This document shows positions 19,072-27,205 of a stretch of 64,000 nt of DNA, in pieces. Origin of the DNA: Deltaproteobacteria bacterium (GTDB lineage Bacteria > SAR324 > NAC60-12); the NCBI GenBank assembly GCA_018645085.1, contig JABGPG010000136.1:10603-74602 (forward strand). The letters run 5' to 3'. Under the pieces are notes generated by a model. That model did no database searches. It saw only the letters and a list, made by a program, of their open reading frames with translations, and had not been told where the DNA came from. The first letter of the stretch is position 1, and each line of letters opens with the position of its first letter. The position numbers and the translations under genes are program-made.

Positions 19072-19088
19072 CCGTAAAGGAGTTACGG
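19072..19088 (+). terminator. Hairpin CCGUAA-AGGAG-UUACGG (nested within a longer CUCAACCC/GGGUUGAG inverted repeat, 19066-19113) between convergent selW-like and rpsU
   Basis: Perfect 6 bp stem followed by an AUUUACACUUAAAUU tract. Located 37 nt after the selW-like stop. Confidence 0.3.
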
Positions 19089-19218
19089 ATTTACACTTAA
19101 ATTGAGGGTTGAGTTAATCAAATCAACCCATATTAATTAGTGTGTGATAATGTCTGGCGAAAAAAAGGCATGAAGGTCACTTAGTTAAAAACGACCTTTT
19201 GCAAATGCAGGAATAATC

Positions 19219-19437
19219 TTAGAAATCTGCTTTTAGCGCAGCTCGTATTTCGCGCTTGAGATCTTTGTTGCGTTGTTTTGCTGCTGCTTCACGCTTTAGA
19301 CGTTTTGCTAAAGATGGTTTGCAGTGATATTTACGTTTCTTTATTTCTTTAAAAAGTCCTTCTCTGATCAAGGTGCGCTTCAATTGCATCATTGACCGAC
19401 CGACGTTTCCGTCACGAACTTCTACTCTAATTGGCAT
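19219..19437 (-). CDS. rpsU: 30S ribosomal protein S21
   Basis: 72 aa basic protein MPIRVEVRDGN...LIREGLFKEIKKRKYHCKPSLAKRLKREAAAKQR, colinear with S21. Confidence 0.85.
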   Translation of the reverse strand: MPIRVEVRDGNVGRSMMQLKRTLIREGLFKEIKKRKYHCKPSLAKRLKREAAAKQRNKDLKREIRAALKADF

Positions 19438-19528
19438 GTATTACCTGTTTATGCAAAAAATAATTTGGTGATGATCTTATTAAAACTCCTTATTATGATG
19501 CACGCATCAGACAAAGGCAACATTATTT

Positions 19529-20236
19529 TTACTTTTTATTAGATTCTTCTTCAGGTGCAGGCAGAGCGGCGCGTTTTTTTAATTCAAGTAATTCAACATC
19601 TAAATCTGTAGAGTCATGTTCCAACTCTTCAAATTTACTTTCCAAACTATCTTTATCAGACTCAAGGCTTATTTCCTGATATGCTTCTGCACGGGCCTGC
19701 ATATTTTCCACTTTTTCTTCCATCCTCTCAATCGTTTCCATAGTTCCTGAAGTATCTCCAAGCCCCTCCATGGTTTGATATATTTTTTCCTGAGCTTCAG
19801 CCTGTTTTTGTTTAGCAGATAAGATCCCTTTCTTACGTTTTATCTCATCTATTTTATCTTCCATAGTCTGGTAACTGTTCCGGAGGGCTTCCGCATTGTG
19901 CCGGTGCATTTCCAGTTGTTTTTCAAAATCTACGGCCCGTCTGAGGTATTCTGATTTTCTTGTCAGGGCTTCTTTTGCTAAATCATCTTTTTCATTTTGT
20001 ACCGCGAGGATTGCCTTTTTCTCCCATTTATCTGCTTCTTTATGTTCCTTTTCAGTATCGCGTTCCAAACCTTTCTGTAAGGCTAATGCCTCAGTCATCT
20101 GCTGTTTCGCTTTTCTTTTTTGAACCTCGAGATCAGCAATCATTTGCTGAAGCATTTTTCCAGGATCTTCTGCTTTGTCCAGCAAGTCATTTGCATTTGA
20201 ACGAAACAGGTTGAATAAGCGCTGTATAATTCCCAT
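19529..20236 (-). CDS. pspA: PspA/IM30 family protein (phage shock protein A-like)
   Basis: 235 aa coiled-coil protein. The N-terminus MGIIQRLFNLFRSNANDLLDKAEDPGKMLQQMIADLE matches PspA [37 protein letters not shown]. Confidence 0.8.
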   Translation of the reverse strand: MGIIQRLFNLFRSNANDLLDKAEDPGKMLQQMIADLEVQKRKAKQQMTEALALQKGLERDTEKEHKEADKWEKKAILAVQNEKDDLAKEALTRKSEYLRRAVDFEKQLEMHRHNAEALRNSYQTMEDKIDEIKRKKGILSAKQKQAEAQEKIYQTMEGLGDTSGTMETIERMEEKVENMQARAEAYQEISLESDKDSLESKFEELEHDSTDLDVELLELKKRAALPAPEEESNKK

Positions 20237-20257
20237 AAGTATTACGGATTGATGAAT

Positions 20258-21952
20258 TTAGAAAAGTTGTTTGCGTTTGTTTGAGGGCAGGATATTGAGT
20301 GCTTCACGATACTTTGCGACTGTTCTGCGAGCGACTTTTATACCGCTTTGCCGCTCAAGAATATCTGCAATCTGCAGGTCAGTATAAGGTGATTTTAAGT
20401 CTTCTTTCTGTACCATTTGCATGATCATATCTTTGATACGTTTTGAAGAAACAGCATCTCCTCTACCTTGATCGATACCACTGGTGAAGAAATATTTTAG
20501 TTCAAATATTCCCTGAGGTGTATGTACATATTTGTTAGTGGTGATTCGACTGACGGTAGACTCATGTACGTCTATATCTTCTGCAACGTCCTTTAGTACA
20601 AGCGGGCGCAAGAAGTGGATACCGTGCTCAAAGAATTTCTTTTGAAAACGCAGAATACTTTTTGTCACACGGTAAATTGTTTTTTGTCTTTGTTCGATAC
20701 TTTTGAGCAACCATTGTCCTGCTTTGACTTTTTCTAAAATGTAATCTTTGGTGAGGCTGCCGTCATCCACCATCGTACTACTCAAATCCTTATAATAATT
20801 ACTGATTCGCAACCGAGGCATACCTGCGGAGTTTAACGCGACTTTATATTCATTGTCCTTTTGATAGATGTAGACATCAGGAATTATGTAATGGTGTGAG
20901 GGGTTTGGAATAAACTCACGTCCCGGTTTTGGTTCAAGGGACATGATCAGACGATAAGACTCGATCACTTGTTCAAGGTCCTGTTTCTGCCTTCGCGCTA
21001 TTTTTTTCAGATCCTTTGATTCCAACAAAGGCATGTCATGTTTGACAATACGAGAGCATAAGTTTTCGCTTTCACCTAAAATATCCAACTGGATCAAGAG
21101 GCATTCCTGCAAACTTCTTGCGCCTACTCCATTTGGATTAAATTGTTGAATTATTCCCAGAACATATTCCACGAATGAGCAAGCTGCTATAGAAACTTCA
21201 GGTTTTTTTGGCTCTTCTTCCAGAATTTCTTCGTATTCTTCAAAGTCAACAACATCAGTCTTTTTGTTTTTTTTCTTCTGGGTTGTTTTGCTTGTTTGAA
21301 ACCGGAGGTCCAGCAAATCAGCATCAATTTCCGGAAGTTCAGGCAACTCTCCGTTTTTGACACTCTGGTTGATTTGATCGTACAAATCACGCTGTGATTC
21401 CAAAAGTTCACGTACACTAGTTACTAGAAAACCATCATCATCAATGTTGCCGATTAAGAAGGCACCAGTTCTATATTCCAGTGGAGAAAGTTCCTGCATG
21501 TCTAACTGCCAGACAAGGTGATCAGCCAGGGATTCTGTTTGTGCTGCAGTGGCCTCCAGAGAAGGGCTATCCTCGTCATCAGAAGCTATATTATAGCGTC
21601 TTTCCTGGTAACCACCGAATTGTTCGACCTGTTCTATATACTGCTGCCAGTCAATCTCATCCTGATCATTATTTTTATCTTCATTCTCACGGGCAGTTTC
21701 GAAATCTTCCGTATCTGCTACTACTTCCGGACTTTCAGGGTTTTCGGCTGTTTCAGCAGAATCGTCTGTTTTGTTGGGAAAGGTGTCCATGTCTATACCC
21801 TCCTCAAGAACTGGATTTTCGATTAGAGTTTGTTCAATTAACTCTTCCAGTTCTGTTCGTGACAATTGCAAAAGTTTGATAGCCTGCTGCAACTGTGGGG
21901 TCATGATCAGCTGCTGGCTCATCTTCATTTGCATTTTCATCTGCATTGCCAT
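20258..21952 (-). CDS. rpoN: RNA polymerase sigma-54 factor
   Basis: 564 aa with N-terminal Gln/Leu-rich region I (MTPQLQQAIKLLQLSRTELEE), core-binding domain, and C-terminal HTH and RpoN box (ARRTVAKYREALNI). Confidence 0.9.
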   Translation of the reverse strand: MAMQMKMQMKMSQQLIMTPQLQQAIKLLQLSRTELEELIEQTLIENPVLEEGIDMDTFPNKTDDSAETAENPESPEVVADTEDFETARENEDKNNDQDEIDWQQYIEQVEQFGGYQERRYNIASDDEDSPSLEATAAQTESLADHLVWQLDMQELSPLEYRTGAFLIGNIDDDGFLVTSVRELLESQRDLYDQINQSVKNGELPELPEIDADLLDLRFQTSKTTQKKKNKKTDVVDFEEYEEILEEEPKKPEVSIAACSFVEYVLGIIQQFNPNGVGARSLQECLLIQLDILGESENLCSRIVKHDMPLLESKDLKKIARRQKQDLEQVIESYRLIMSLEPKPGREFIPNPSHHYIIPDVYIYQKDNEYKVALNSAGMPRLRISNYYKDLSSTMVDDGSLTKDYILEKVKAGQWLLKSIEQRQKTIYRVTKSILRFQKKFFEHGIHFLRPLVLKDVAEDIDVHESTVSRITTNKYVHTPQGIFELKYFFTSGIDQGRGDAVSSKRIKDMIMQMVQKEDLKSPYTDLQIADILERQSGIKVARRTVAKYREALNILPSNKRKQLF

Positions 21953-22068
21953 GAATCCTCGCTATCCTAATTTCACGTTTGAGAGAAGTATTTTCAAAAG
22001 ATACTTTTTGTGGATGTTATTAATTTGCTTGCTAATAGTTTCGCTCCAAATTGAAGTAAAAGTCAAAC

Positions 22069-22797
22069 CTACATCGAGAAAGACTTGCCGAGGTAAACTT
22101 TTCGTGCCTGATCATTTTCGACCAATTCATCCGGAGTACCGCCAACCAGCAACTCTCCTTCGTTCATAATATAACCATAATCGATTATACCGAATGTTTC
22201 TCTGACATTATGGTCAGTGATCAGAATACCTATATTACGTTTCGCCAACTGCTGGACAATGGTTTGAATATCTGCGACCGCAATTGGATCAACACCTGCA
22301 AATGGTTCATCGAGCAGCATGATTGCCGGCTCCAATACCAGTGCACGGGCTATTTCTGCACGTCGACTTTCTCCTCCGGATAGAGCATAACCTTTTATTT
22401 TTCGCACGTGCTGTATACCAAGTTCATTCAGCAGTGAATCCAGACGTTCCCGTTTTTCCGTACGGCTCAACGGCAGCATTTCAAGGACTGCATTCAGGTT
22501 TTCTTCAACAGTTAGTTTTCTGAAAATGGATCGTTCCTGAGAAAGATATCCAAGTCCGGCTTTTGCACGGCGGTGCATGGGATAATTGGTAATATCCTGA
22601 CCGTCTAAAAGGATAGTTCCTTCGTCAGGACGCTGCACACCAACTATCATATAAAATGTGGTGGTTTTACCTGCTCCGTTAGGTCCAAGCAAACCAACTA
22701 CCTGACCTTGTGCTACTTCAAGTGAGATGCCTTTGACCGCATGTCTGCCCTTGTAAGACTTTTTAAGATGAGTGGCCACTAATTTACTTGTGCTCAA
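22069..22797 (-). CDS. lptB: LPS export ABC transporter ATP-binding protein LptB
   Basis: 242 aa. Walker A GPNGAGKTTTF, ABC signature LSGGESRRAEIARAL, Walker B LLDEPFAGVD. Immediately upstream of rpoN as in the conserved lptB-rpoN arrangement. Confidence 0.85.
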   Translation of the reverse strand: MSTSKLVATHLKKSYKGRHAVKGISLEVAQGQVVGLLGPNGAGKTTTFYMIVGVQRPDEGTILLDGQDITNYPMHRRAKAGLGYLSQERSIFRKLTVEENLNAVLEMLPLSRTEKRERLDSLLNELGIQHVRKIKGYALSGGESRRAEIARALVLEPAIMLLDEPFAGVDPIAVADIQTIVQQLAKRNIGILITDHNVRETFGIIDYGYIMNEGELLVGGTPDELVENDQARKVYLGKSFSM

Positions 22798-22896
22798 ACG
22801 AAGTCCCCTACTAACTCTGAATTGACAAAAATTTAAATTATTTGTATAATATTTTCTGCTTTAGTTAATTTTTGATTGTAGCAGAAAGAGAACAAT

Positions 22897-23241
22897 ATGC
22901 CAATCTATGAATATCTCTGTAAAAGTTGCGGACACGAGTTTGAGGAAGTGCAGAAGTTCAGTGACCCTTCACTGGATGAATGTCCTGATTGTGGAAAAAA
23001 CACTGCAGAACGTCAAGTATCGATGAGCTCATTTCACCTTAAAGGTGGTGGTTGGTACAAAGATGGTTATTCCAGTAATAAATCAGAGTCCGAAAAATCC
23101 GACAATGATAAAAGTTCTTCAAAAAAGAAGGAAACGTCAACTTCAGAAAAGTCGTCGACAGAAAAGTTGAGTAAAACGGAAAAGAAAGATTCAACTTCGA
23201 ACAAAAATTCCAAAAATACCAGCAAAGAAAAAGCCGCCTAA
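22897..23241 (+). CDS. FmdB-family zinc-ribbon protein with a Ser/Lys/Glu-rich low-complexity tail
   Basis: MPIYEYLCKSCGHEFEE...CPDCG has the CxxC-x17-CxxC FmdB signature. The C-terminal 60 aa are low complexity. Confidence 0.6.
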   Translation: MPIYEYLCKSCGHEFEEVQKFSDPSLDECPDCGKNTAERQVSMSSFHLKGGGWYKDGYSSNKSESEKSDNDKSSSKKKETSTSEKSSTEKLSKTEKKDSTSNKNSKNTSKEKAA

Positions 23242-23279
23242 TCTTATCTCTGCTACTTCCTTTAGCGTAATTCCTGCTC

Positions 23280-23957
23280 ATGCAATTGTTTTTCCGGCAT
23301 ACTTTAATATTAGTCTGGAAAGATGTGCTGATTGATTTACGACGCAAGGATAACTTATTGTCAATCCTGTTATTCTCTATTCTGACATTACTGGTTTTTC
23401 AATTTGCACTGGGCGAGGAACCTGAAGTGTTCCTGTTGGCACTTCCGGGGGTTATCTGGATTGTGTTTTTGATGAGTGGAGTACTCGGACTTGGGAAATC
23501 ATATGTACAGGAAACGGAAACAGGCTGCATGGGTGGTTTGTTAACTGCTCCTGTAGACCGCAGTGTGTTGTTTTTAGGTAAAATGCTGGCAAACACTGTT
23601 TTCCTTTTGCTGTCTCAAATGCTGTTTATACCATTATGTCTTTTTCTATTTGAGATAGAGGTACGGAACTGGCTGGAGTTGTTGCTAGTTTTACTTTTTG
23701 GAACAGTAGGATTCAGTTCATTAGGCACCTTGCTGACAGCAATGACGGCAACTGTGCGTGGGAAAGAAATGCTGTTGCCAATTTTGATTTTCCCGTTGAT
23801 GGTTCCAAGTCTTTTGTGTGTTGTCCGGCTCACGGATTTTCTTTTTTTTGGATCTCATCCTGAAGAAGTCTGGTCCTGGTGGAAATTACTGTTGAGTTTT
23901 GACGTGGTTCTCTTCACTCTCTCATTGCTTGGCTTTGAGTTTGTTGTAGAGGAATAG
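23280..23957 (+). CDS. ccmB: Heme exporter permease CcmB (cytochrome c maturation system I)
   Basis: 225 aa, 6 TM. The PGVIWIVFLMSGVLGLGKSYVQETETGCMGGL block parallels E. coli CcmB PGIIWVAALLSSLLALERLFRDDLQDGSLEQL. Confidence 0.65.
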   Translation: MQLFFRHTLILVWKDVLIDLRRKDNLLSILLFSILTLLVFQFALGEEPEVFLLALPGVIWIVFLMSGVLGLGKSYVQETETGCMGGLLTAPVDRSVLFLGKMLANTVFLLLSQMLFIPLCLFLFEIEVRNWLELLLVLLFGTVGFSSLGTLLTAMTATVRGKEMLLPILIFPLMVPSLLCVVRLTDFLFFGSHPEEVWSWWKLLLSFDVVLFTLSLLGFEFVVEE

Positions 23958-24031
23958 TGAAATTACACATAAAATCTCTTGCATTTTTTCACTGTCCAGC
24001 TAGAATAAAAAGCCTTAATTACTGGTTGTTT

Positions 24032-24106
24032 TGGGGCGTAGCCAAGTGGTAAGGCATCGGGTTTTGATCCCGTGATTCGCAGGTTCGATCCCTGCCGCCC
24101 CAGCCA
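24032..24106 (+). tRNA. tRNA-Gln (anticodon UUG), encoded CCA end
   Basis: Cloverleaf folded by hand: acceptor stem UGGGGCG/CGCCCCA, D-arm GCC-AAGUGGUAA-GGC, anticodon stem CGGG/CCCG with loop UUUUGAU (U33, UUG, A37), T-arm GCAGG-UUCGAUC-CCUGC, discriminator G, CCA. Confidence 0.8.
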
Positions 24107-24177
24107 GTAAATCAGCTCAGTGCATCTGTTTTCTTCTCTTTCAGTCCACCCTGCATTGGGAAAATCCCTCCTGACAC

Positions 24178-24990
24178 ATGACTGAAATATCCCATCTCAA
24201 ATATATACAATGGCGTCCGATTGGTGTCTGTGATACAGGTACAGGAAAGGAACGCAAGGCCAAGATGTTTTCCAGATTTGATCTGGCCTGCGTGACTGCT
24301 CCGGAAGTTAAACGAGAAAACTGGCGCGAGCATCCTAAAGTCATGGAACTTATTCAGCGCTATGCACACGATGTGGCCGAGCTTTCAAGTTTAACTAAAG
24401 GCATGCAAGCACCGGAAATTGCTGAAATTAAGCTCGTTGGTGCCGTCCTTGGTCATGATAAAACACCGAACCTGAATCTGGAATCGGCAGACGGTAAAGT
24501 TCAGTTTTTTCAGGTTAGTTTCAAAGATGCAAAAACAAAAAAATCTCCCAAAAAATGGAAAAAATGGCTGAAATGGATTTTAATCTCAATGGTTACATTT
24601 TTAGTGATGATTTTGATATTAATGCTGATAAACCGATTGTCATTGTTATCTTTAAAAAACAATAAGTCGTCTGCTTCAGCCTGCAGTTCTAGCAGACAGA
24701 GTGCTGCATATACTGCAGATTTAGCTGAGATTCGAAAATCTCTGTTGACAGAATTAAATCGTCTTCCGGCATGGTTAACTTTTAAAGAAGCTCGTGTACA
24801 TTGTACAGGAGGTAGAATGGGGGTCAAGCAACACGAACAGCGTTTACTACAGTGTTTGTTGACAGTCCGTAACCGCACCAAAAATATTCCGGTTGCTGCC
24901 AGGCCGAATCTCAATCAAATAGAAGCTTGTGCTGTTACTCTCTGCAAACGAAAACTTCCACATTTAGCTTCATCGTGCAAAAGATTGTAA
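24178..24990 (+). CDS. Hypothetical membrane protein (true start probably at an internal Met)
   Basis: Open frame with one strongly hydrophobic helix (WILISMVTFLVMILILMLI) and basic flanks. No recognisable family. Confidence 0.3.
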   Translation: MTEISHLKYIQWRPIGVCDTGTGKERKAKMFSRFDLACVTAPEVKRENWREHPKVMELIQRYAHDVAELSSLTKGMQAPEIAEIKLVGAVLGHDKTPNLNLESADGKVQFFQVSFKDAKTKKSPKKWKKWLKWILISMVTFLVMILILMLINRLSLLSLKNNKSSASACSSSRQSAAYTADLAEIRKSLLTELNRLPAWLTFKEARVHCTGGRMGVKQHEQRLLQCLLTVRNRTKNIPVAARPNLNQIEACAVTLCKRKLPHLASSCKRL

Positions 24991-25010
24991 TCAGCAAAAA
25001 TCATTTATTG

Positions 25011-25039
25011 TTGACAGAAAAACAAACTAAGCATAGAAT
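25011..25039 (+). promoter_or_regulatory. Candidate sigma-70 promoter (TTGACA-17-TAGAAT) for the MaoC/CoA-transferase operon
   Basis: Consensus -35 at 25011-25016, 17 nt spacer, -10 TAGAAT at 25034-25039. Located about 90 nt upstream of the first ATG. Confidence 0.45.
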
Positions 25040-25129
25040 TTTTTTAGCACTTTGTATTAAACTGCAACCAGAAGCTTTCCACAGAGAAAGATAAAAAAGC
25101 AAAAACTACGCTAAGCAGATCCATAAAAA

Positions 25130-25573
25130 ATGATCGATAAAAAACACATAGGTTACAATTTTCCGCCTGTTACTATACCTGTTGAAGAAGGGCGCTTAAA
25201 ATTTTTAGCAAAATCACTTGGAGAAACCAAGGCAATTTATACAGATCCGGATGCAGCAAAAGCAGCAGGATATCCTGGCTTGTTGGCTCCTCCAACCTTC
25301 CCGTTCATGCTGGAAATTGATGCCTTAGATTTGGTGGATTTTATGAGTGTTCTTGGAGAAACGCTGGAAAAATTACTGCACGGTGAAGAAAATTTCAACT
25401 ACTATGCGCCAATTTACGCCGGTGACAGTATAACTGTTCGTAAAAGAATCACCGATATTATTGATAAAAAAGGAGGCGCTTTGCAATTCGTGATTTCAGA
25501 CAATACTTTCACAAATCAGCACGGTAAAATTGTCGCTGAAACGAGAACCAATTATGTTTTCAGGCATCAATAA
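25130..25573 (+). CDS. MaoC-like dehydratase, N-terminal-type hot-dog subunit
   Basis: 147 aa hot-dog fold (PPTFPFMLEIDALD...NYYAPIYAGDSITVRKRI) of the MaoC_dehydrat_N type, which pairs with a catalytic MaoC subunit. Confidence 0.65.
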   Translation: MIDKKHIGYNFPPVTIPVEEGRLKFLAKSLGETKAIYTDPDAAKAAGYPGLLAPPTFPFMLEIDALDLVDFMSVLGETLEKLLHGEENFNYYAPIYAGDSITVRKRITDIIDKKGGALQFVISDNTFTNQHGKIVAETRTNYVFRHQ

Positions 25574-25579
25574 AATATC

Positions 25580-25996
25580 ATGACTCAACCAACATACGAC
25601 TCTTTAAAAGTAGGGGACGAAATTCCCACGCTGACAACTCCTTCAGTTTCCCGGCACACTCTTGCACTTTATTGCGGTGCTTCCGGAGACCATAATCCAA
25701 TTCATGTTGATCTTGATTTCGCAAAAAAATCAGGACTGGATGACGTGATCGCACATGGAATGCTATCCGCGGGTTATCTCGCCCAAATGCTCACTAACTG
25801 GGTTCCTCAATCTGCTCTCAGAAGCTTTAATAACCGTTTCACCGCAATGACTCAAATAGGTGACACTGTGTCCTGCAGCGGAAAAATTGTTGAGAAATTT
25901 GAGAAAGATGATGAAAAATTTGTGCGTCTTGAACTTTACTCAAATACACCGCAGGCACAGACAATCGTCGCTGAAGCAGTGCTTGTCTTAGCATAA
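25580..25996 (+). CDS. MaoC-like (R)-specific enoyl-CoA hydratase/dehydratase catalytic subunit
   Basis: 138 aa with the catalytic hot-dog motif (DHNPIHVDLDFAKKSGLDDVIAHGML). It begins 6 nt after the N-type subunit. Confidence 0.7.
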   Translation: MTQPTYDSLKVGDEIPTLTTPSVSRHTLALYCGASGDHNPIHVDLDFAKKSGLDDVIAHGMLSAGYLAQMLTNWVPQSALRSFNNRFTAMTQIGDTVSCSGKIVEKFEKDDEKFVRLELYSNTPQAQTIVAEAVLVLA

Positions 25997-25997
25997 A

Positions 25998-27194
25998 ATG
26001 TCCGCTCCACTTTCCTCAATAAAAATTCTCGACTTTTCGACTTTGCTGCCGGGTCCTTATGCATCAATGATGCTGGCGGATTTAGGTGCAGAAGTATTAA
26101 GGATAGAATCACCCACACGTCCGGATTTAGTGAGAATGCTGCCGCCACGAGTTAAAGGCGGTTCTGCGACTCATGGGACACTGAATCGTTCAAAACACTC
26201 TCTGGCTTTAAACCTGAAAAAACCTGAGGCAGTTAAAATTGTTCAACAATTGGTTAGCAAATATGATATTGTTTTGGAACAATTCCGACCGGGAGTAATG
26301 AAACGGCTCGGGCTGGATTATGATGAACTCCGCAAACACAATCCTGCACTAATCTTTTGTTCACTAACAGGTTACGGGCAAACAGGACCTTACCGAAACC
26401 GTGCAGGTCACGATCTAAATTATCTCGCCATTTCCGGAGTCAGTAATTATAGTCGCCGAAAAAATGAATCCCCTGTACCGCTGGGAATCCAGGTTGCAGA
26501 TGTCGCTGGTGGTTCATATCATTCTGTAATGGGTATTTTAGCCGCAGTGATACACCGTCAGCAGACTGGAGAAGGACAAGCGCTTGATATAAGTATGTCA
26601 GACGCAATGTTCAGTATGAATATATTCGAAGGCGCAAATTGGCTCGCTGGTGCGCCTGAAGCTCAACCGGAATCGACTTGGCTCAACGGTGGGACGTTTT
26701 ATGATTATTATCAAACCAGGGATGAACGTTGGATTTCAGTGAGCAGTTTAGAACCTCAATTTTTTAGCGCTTTGCTGAATGCAATGGAACTTCCGGAAAC
26801 TTTGCTGCAAACCGCTTTTGATGATGCAGAAGCTCAAACACAGTTAAAGAAGATACTCCAAAAAAGATTTTTGGAACGACCATGGTCTGAATGGGAAACA
26901 GTTTTTGCAGACATTGATGCATGTGTTGAATTGGTGTTGGAGTTTCCAGAGGCAATGGAACATCAGCATTTTAAGGATCGAGAAATGATTACCGAGGTAC
27001 CTGATTCAGATGGAGCACTGCATAAACAAATTGCATCACCATTTAAGTTTTCTACATGCAAAGCAGAGTATCGTCACGTTGGTGCTGAACTTGGTGAACA
27101 AACTGAGATGGTCTTGAAAGATCTAGGCTATACTGAACAACAATTCGAAAAACTAAAAAATGATGGTGTTTGTGCAGACAATAAAACCAGTTAA
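25998..27194 (+). CDS. Family III CoA-transferase (CaiB/BaiF/Frc family)
   Basis: 398 aa. N-terminus IKILDFSTLLPGPYASMMLADLGAEVLRIESP and GYGQTGPYRNRAGHDLNYLAISG are diagnostic of the family. It begins 1 nt after the preceding stop. Confidence 0.8.
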   Translation: MSAPLSSIKILDFSTLLPGPYASMMLADLGAEVLRIESPTRPDLVRMLPPRVKGGSATHGTLNRSKHSLALNLKKPEAVKIVQQLVSKYDIVLEQFRPGVMKRLGLDYDELRKHNPALIFCSLTGYGQTGPYRNRAGHDLNYLAISGVSNYSRRKNESPVPLGIQVADVAGGSYHSVMGILAAVIHRQQTGEGQALDISMSDAMFSMNIFEGANWLAGAPEAQPESTWLNGGTFYDYYQTRDERWISVSSLEPQFFSALLNAMELPETLLQTAFDDAEAQTQLKKILQKRFLERPWSEWETVFADIDACVELVLEFPEAMEHQHFKDREMITEVPDSDGALHKQIASPFKFSTCKAEYRHVGAELGEQTEMVLKDLGYTEQQFEKLKNDGVCADNKTS

Positions 27195-27205
27195 TTGGAG
27201 AATTT

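Noticed and set aside
24032-24990. tRNA-Gln followed by a hypothetical membrane protein as a possible genomic-island integration site
   Set aside because: No integrase, no direct repeat of the tRNA 3' end found downstream, no compositional shift visible. The neighbouring genes are ordinary metabolic and envelope genes.
25573-25580. The two MaoC ORFs as a single gene broken by a frameshift
   Set aside because: Both ORFs have their own ATG and a 6 nt spacer, and each corresponds to a distinct hot-dog subunit type (N-type vs catalytic), as in known heterodimeric hydratases. It was kept as two genes, but a sequencing check is suggested.
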